A stretch of 64,000 nt of DNA from Centroscyllium fabricii (lineage: Eukaryota): contig JBNRSN020000019.1 in the NCBI GenBank assembly GCA_051313645.2, forward strand, positions 48,360,001-48,424,000. Direction: 5' to 3'. Within the stretch, counting starts at the first letter, position 1. Each line of letters begins with the position of its first letter. Positions 61,435 to 64,000 of this stretch are shown one piece after another. Position numbers and translations under genes: made by a program. The notes under the pieces were generated by a model. That model searched no databases, had not been told where the DNA came from, and saw only the letters and a list, made by a program, of their open reading frames with translations.

Positions 61435-62397
61435 AACCAAACACATTCTTCTTTTTTCCCTTTATCGAGACTAATGAAACAGCCGAGAAGGATAGCAGAG
61501 GGCTGAGAGAACACAAAGGGACAAGAAGAGACAATGGGCGTGAAATTTGTCAGCGCACGATTTCTGGCGCTAAAATTAGCGCTGTGGTGCCCGATATTGA
61601 CTTTAGCGCTAATTCAGGTGTTGCACGACTTCCAGGTGACCAATTTTTTGGTGCTAATTGCCGATACCGGGCGCAGCGCACTTTAACCAAGTGCTTGCTT
61701 CCCCATGACCTCTGGAGCCGAATAGGTCTTAAAGGGGTAGGGGAAACAGAGCATCATGTTTTGGTCCCCCCTCCCTCATCAACTGGCCGATCTCGGGCCG
61801 CCCGACCCCCCCTCCCGCATCATCTCCCCGATCTCGGGCCGCCCGACCCGCCTCCCGCATCATCTCCCCGATCTCGGGCCACCCGACCCCCCTCCCCGCT
61901 CCCTTAGCAACTGCTCGATCTGGGGCCGCCCGATCCCCCTCCCTGCTCCCTTAGCAACTGGCCGATCTCGGGCCGAGGAGGGAGGTTCGCCCTTTTAGCA
62001 GCGCTGCAGCGGCCACTCAAAGCCGCAGCAGCACTTGCCAAAGCTGGCACTGGCAGCGCGGGGCGGGGTGGACAGGCGCAAAAGCTCATTTCGGGCACAG
62101 CCCGGCGGGCGGGCGTTGCACACGCATTTGAACGAGGATTGCTGATCGCTAATTAACGAGCGCTAACATTTAGCGCCGGCACTGGGCGGGTGGCGAATTG
62201 AGCGCCCGGTGCTATTTTTGGTGCTAATTCGGCGCTGGCCCATTAGCACCCATTTTCGGCGCTAATGGGCCAGTGCCAATTTCGCGCCCATAGTGTCTTC
62301 TTTCCTTGATAAAGGGAACTTCCCGAAACGTTGACTCTGTGTTTCTCTCCACAGATGCTGCCTGAACTGCTGAGTTTTTCCAGCATTTTCTGTTTTT
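61435..62397. mobile_element. Penelope-like terminal fragment with a 17-bp target duplication
   Basis: TTGAGGCTGAACTAGTG is duplicated at 61418-61434 and 62398-62414. 62290-62397 matches the PLE terminal region seen at 16240-16318. Confidence 0.7.
61536..62289. mobile_element. GC/CpG-rich Harbinger-type MITE with internal tandem repeats
   Basis: TIRs GGGCGTGAAATT / AATTTCGCGCCC, repeated GCGCTAA motifs, and ~40-bp GATCTCGGGCCGCCCGACCC repeats at 61785-61975. Confidence 0.75.
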
Positions 62398-62457
62398 TTG
62401 AGGCTGAACTAGTGTTTTATAAAAGTTCATCATAAATTCCTTGCTTTTGGATTCTAT

Positions 62458-63277
62458 GGGCAGGATTTTCATTGGGCCATGGAGGCAGGATTGGAGGCGT
62501 GTGGGGGGTTAAAATCTCGAAATCGGGGGGGCACGAACCCATCCCACCCCCAACCCACCTCCATGCCATTTTCAAAGGAGGCAGGTACCCGACCCGCACT
62601 GGGACCCACCTCCCCGAGGCAGGAAGGGGATTAGTGCCAATTAACTGCCTGTTAACTGGCAGTTTTTAACCTAATCCCTATTTTTATTCCTGAAGTGTGG
62701 GATTCCCAATGGCTCCAAACCACGCCAAGTTAGCGAGGTGGACCGTCGGGCTGAATGGCTTGGAGGGTTTGAGATGTCCAGTGTTCAGGTGAGTGATGGG
62801 TGCATGAGTGCAGAGGTAAGTGTGTTTGACGTGTGTAAAGTGTTAAAAGAAGTTTTACTTACCTTTACAGCCTTCCTTCAGGTCTCGGGAGTCCCTCATC
62901 TCACCGGCACAGAAAGCAGAATGGCCGACAGCTGTCAAAAGTTGCAGCATTCAGCTTTCTGTTCTGGGGGAGATCCCTAAATCAGCCTGAGAGGAAGGAA
63001 TTAACTTAGAGTACAGATTGTGAGTGTTTGACAGTTTCAAAGAGCTGTCAAACGCTGATAGTTCATCTGTCAAAGCTCTTGACAGATGAAATGTCAATCT
63101 GTGATGTCACCTGTTGCCGGGTGGCCCTTAATTGGCCTGCTGAGCCCGCTGGGTGGGTTCAACAAGGTCAATCAAGTGAAAATCGAGTGGGTTGGCCACA
63201 ACTCGATGGAGGCGGGACAACAACCCCAAACGTTGTAGTCCTGCCTCCTACACGCCTTTAGTATCAAAATCCAGCCC
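62458..63277. mobile_element. Harbinger-type MITE
   Basis: TIRs GGGCAGGATTTT / AAAATCCAGCCC. 3-bp TSD TAT (62455-57, 63278-80). Confidence 0.85.
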
Positions 63278-63414
63278 TATGCCTCTATTTATGAAGCCCA
63301 GTACCCCATATGCTTTTTTAACCACTTTCTCAACCTGCCCTGCCACCGTCAATGATTTGTGCACATATACCACAGGTCCCTCTGTTCATGCACCCCCTTT
63401 AGGATTGCAGCCTT

Positions 63415-63816
63415 TAGAAACATAGAAAAACATAGAAACATAGAAACTAGGAGCAGGAGTAGGCCATTCGGCCCTTCGAGCCTGCTCCGCCATTCAATGA
63501 GATCATGGCTGATCATCCAAACCCAGCACCCCGCCCCTGCCCTCTCCCTATCGAGCCTGCATCGACACATATCCCACCCTATCCCCGTAACCCCACATAT
63601 TCAACCCCCTAACACTAAGGGTCAATTTATCCTGGCCAATCAACCTAACCCGCATATCTTTGGACTGTGGGAGGAAACCGGAGCACCCAGAGGAAACCCA
63701 CGCAGACACGGGGAGAATGTGCAAACTCCACACAGATAGTACCCGAGGCTGGATTTGAACCCGGGTCTCCAGTGCTGTGAGACAACAGTGCTAACCACTG
63801 TGCCACCGTGCCGCCC
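63415..63816 (-). mobile_element. HE1-type V-SINE, full length
   Basis: Minus-strand tRNA head GGGCGGCACGGTGGCACAGTGGTTAGCAC...GGGTTCAAATCC, V-core TGTGTGGAGTTTGCACATTCTCCCCGTG...CTCCGGTTTCCTCCCAC, and a CR1-type 3' tail with (TTTCTATG)n. Confidence 0.92.
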
Positions 63817-64000
63817 TTAGTTTTAGTTTATATTGCCTCCCCTCCTTCTTCCGAGCAAAATCTATCACTTCACACTTCTCTGCGTTAAATTTAATCTGTC
63901 ACATGTCCACCCATTTCACCAGCCTGTCTGTCTTCTTGAAGTCTATCACTATCTTCCTCACTGTTCATGTTGTTTCTCCCTCTAGAATGTGAACTTATTA

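Larger units (their letters stand above)
60879..63965 (-). mobile_element. CR1 LINE 3' portion split into four pieces (60879-61434, 62398-62457, 63278-63414, 63820-63965)
   Basis: CATAGAATCATAGAA tail. ORF pieces 61010-61312, 61313-61434, SKSKEFMMNFYKTLVQPQ and EQRDL are colinear with the CR1 at 40001. Confidence 0.9.

Noticed and set aside
63745-63816. tRNA gene
   Set aside because: It is the tRNA-derived head of the SINE, continuous with the V-core and LINE tail.

Overview
Eukaryotic, repeat-rich, AT-rich vertebrate DNA, most likely from a cartilaginous fish (inferred from the repeat mix: CR1/HER1-type LINEs, an HE1-type V-SINE, Deu-type SINEs, GIY-YIG Penelope-like elements, Harbinger and hAT MITEs). 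I could not identify any host protein-coding gene. 4.5-13.8 kb holds two adjacent, compact Ty3/Gypsy (Mag-like, twin zinc-knuckle) LTR retrotransposons on the minus strand. Both lack a tRNA primer-binding site. Instead the sequence at the PBS position is complementary to the AATAAA-containing tract of the element's own LTR, at the same distance from the predicted TSS in both, and both RTs read YLDN instead of YxDD. This candidate self-priming system is the most interesting signal. About 19.7-33.7 kb is almost TE-free and carries promoter-like motif clusters and candidate small exons. 33.7-64 kb is a mosaic of LINE, SINE and MITE insertions. It includes a young CR1 inserted in register into an old CR1, a minisatellite amplified from Harbinger transposase codons, and a multi-layer nested insertion stack. 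All family names come from motif recognition by eye, not from database searches.
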